Source: a virus
IMG/VR virus record: IMGVR_UViG_3300045988_102159
Location: 64,001 to 128,000 of that record
Length of the DNA stretch: 64,000 bases
Reading direction: 5' to 3' (one strand)
The number at the start of each line of letters is the position of its first letter. Position 1 is the first letter of the stretch. The position numbers were made by a program, and so were the translations under genes. Of this stretch, positions 63,357-64,000 are shown in pieces. Under the pieces are notes generated by a model. That model did not search any database. It had not been told where the DNA came from and saw only the letters and a program-made list of their open reading frames with translations.

Positions 63357-63798
63357 ATTTCTGTCTCCAAAGTTCACGTGCGGCCATTCGTGCTTCACGG
63401 CATTCAGGCGAAGAATCATTCTTTCCTGTCTGCTGGAAAACATAATCTTCAATAAAATCATAATGATTTATACCATCGACATTTTTTACGAATTTAGGAC
63501 AGCACGTAGGCCACCAAGCTCCAATTCTGCCAATCCTATAAAAACAAGAACCGAATTTCTCATGGCGTTTTCCTTTTGAAGTAACATCGCCTAACCAATG
63601 AACGCATTCACCGCATGTATGGTCAGAGTTTACATCACAAAACTGAAAACAAGATTCACCAATAACATCGTGCATCTGACCTTTGCAAACGCAAGGAAAG
63701 AAATCATGCCTTACACGATTATTGCGACCTTCACAATGCTGCGGACAATGGCTTAAACCCTTGCAAGAGATTTCATATTCTTCTTTAGTCAGACTCAT
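63349..63798 (-). CDS. Cys/His-rich protein (149 aa)
   Basis: Trimmed to ATG 63798 with TGGAGA RBS. About 16 Cys, suggesting metal binding. Confidence 0.5.
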   Translation of the reverse strand: MSLTKEEYEISCKGLSHCPQHCEGRNNRVRHDFFPCVCKGQMHDVIGESCFQFCDVNSDHTCGECVHWLGDVTSKGKRHEKFGSCFYRIGRIGAWWPTCCPKFVKNVDGINHYDFIEDYVFQQTGKNDSSPECREARMAARELWRQKYE

Positions 63799-63985
63799 GT
63801 TTCTCCAATTTAGGATGAATTGCCCATTCACCGCATCTATCTCCAGGCGCAGGCGATGGATGAACTGTATAGATATTATAATCTGTTGGGTCAATAATTA
63901 CGTTAGGCGGGAAACGATAGCATGAGCAATGTACATAAAATTTACATGTTTTGCATGTTCGGTCTATCTTTTTATTCATTACCAT
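63785..63985 (-). CDS. Cys-rich small protein (66 aa)
   Basis: CKTCKF..HCSC...C pattern; ORF track. Confidence 0.5.
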   Translation of the reverse strand: MVMNKKIDRTCKTCKFYVHCSCYRFPPNVIIDPTDYNIYTVHPSPAPGDRCGEWAIHPKLEKHESD

Positions 63986-64000
63986 TAACTTCCATTAGAA

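Noticed and set aside
1-64000. Alternative genetic code or stop-codon reassignment
   Set aside because: ORFs of 3-7.8 kb are intact under the standard code, and every interrupted gene is explained by a recognisable group I intron.

Overview
AT-rich (roughly 37% GC by eye) segment of a tailed-phage genome with Firmicutes-type expression signals: AGGAGG-like RBSs, TTGACA/TATAAT promoters and hairpin+T terminators. No tRNA, rRNA, CRISPR array, integrase or reverse transcriptase was recognised. Layout: (i) 1-38.6 kb is a leftward late operon. It encodes a sigma-like/zinc-ribbon protein, a 504-aa zinc-ribbon protein, a split TerL, a nuclease, portal, scaffold, capsid, connectors, a split major tail gene, a split ~2930-aa tape measure and giant distal tail proteins. 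(ii) 38.6-39.65 kb is a structure-rich non-coding hub behind a perfect consensus promoter. (iii) 39.7-49.4 kb is a low-coding-density, compositionally mosaic, mostly rightward accessory module full of palindromes, iterons and leftward promoter-hairpin cassettes. (iv) 50.3-64 kb is a leftward early module of ~35 small ORFs driven by at least 9 copies of one promoter/leader cassette, with an iteron-type origin candidate. The most unusual observations are listed here. Six related group I introns interrupt three essential late genes, four of them in the major tail gene, leaving ~21-24-nt micro-exons. A likely -1 frameshift fuses the capsid protein to a beta-helix domain. The hexamer GCCGCA/TGCGGC is about tenfold over-represented in all reading frames and in intergenic DNA. 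Strong leftward promoters followed by co-varying hairpins are scattered among rightward genes. A ~600-nt non-coding region is a candidate for a large structured RNA. All protein functions come from motif recognition and synteny only, since no searches could be run. Intron boundaries are hand-derived, and some are uncertain by several nucleotides.
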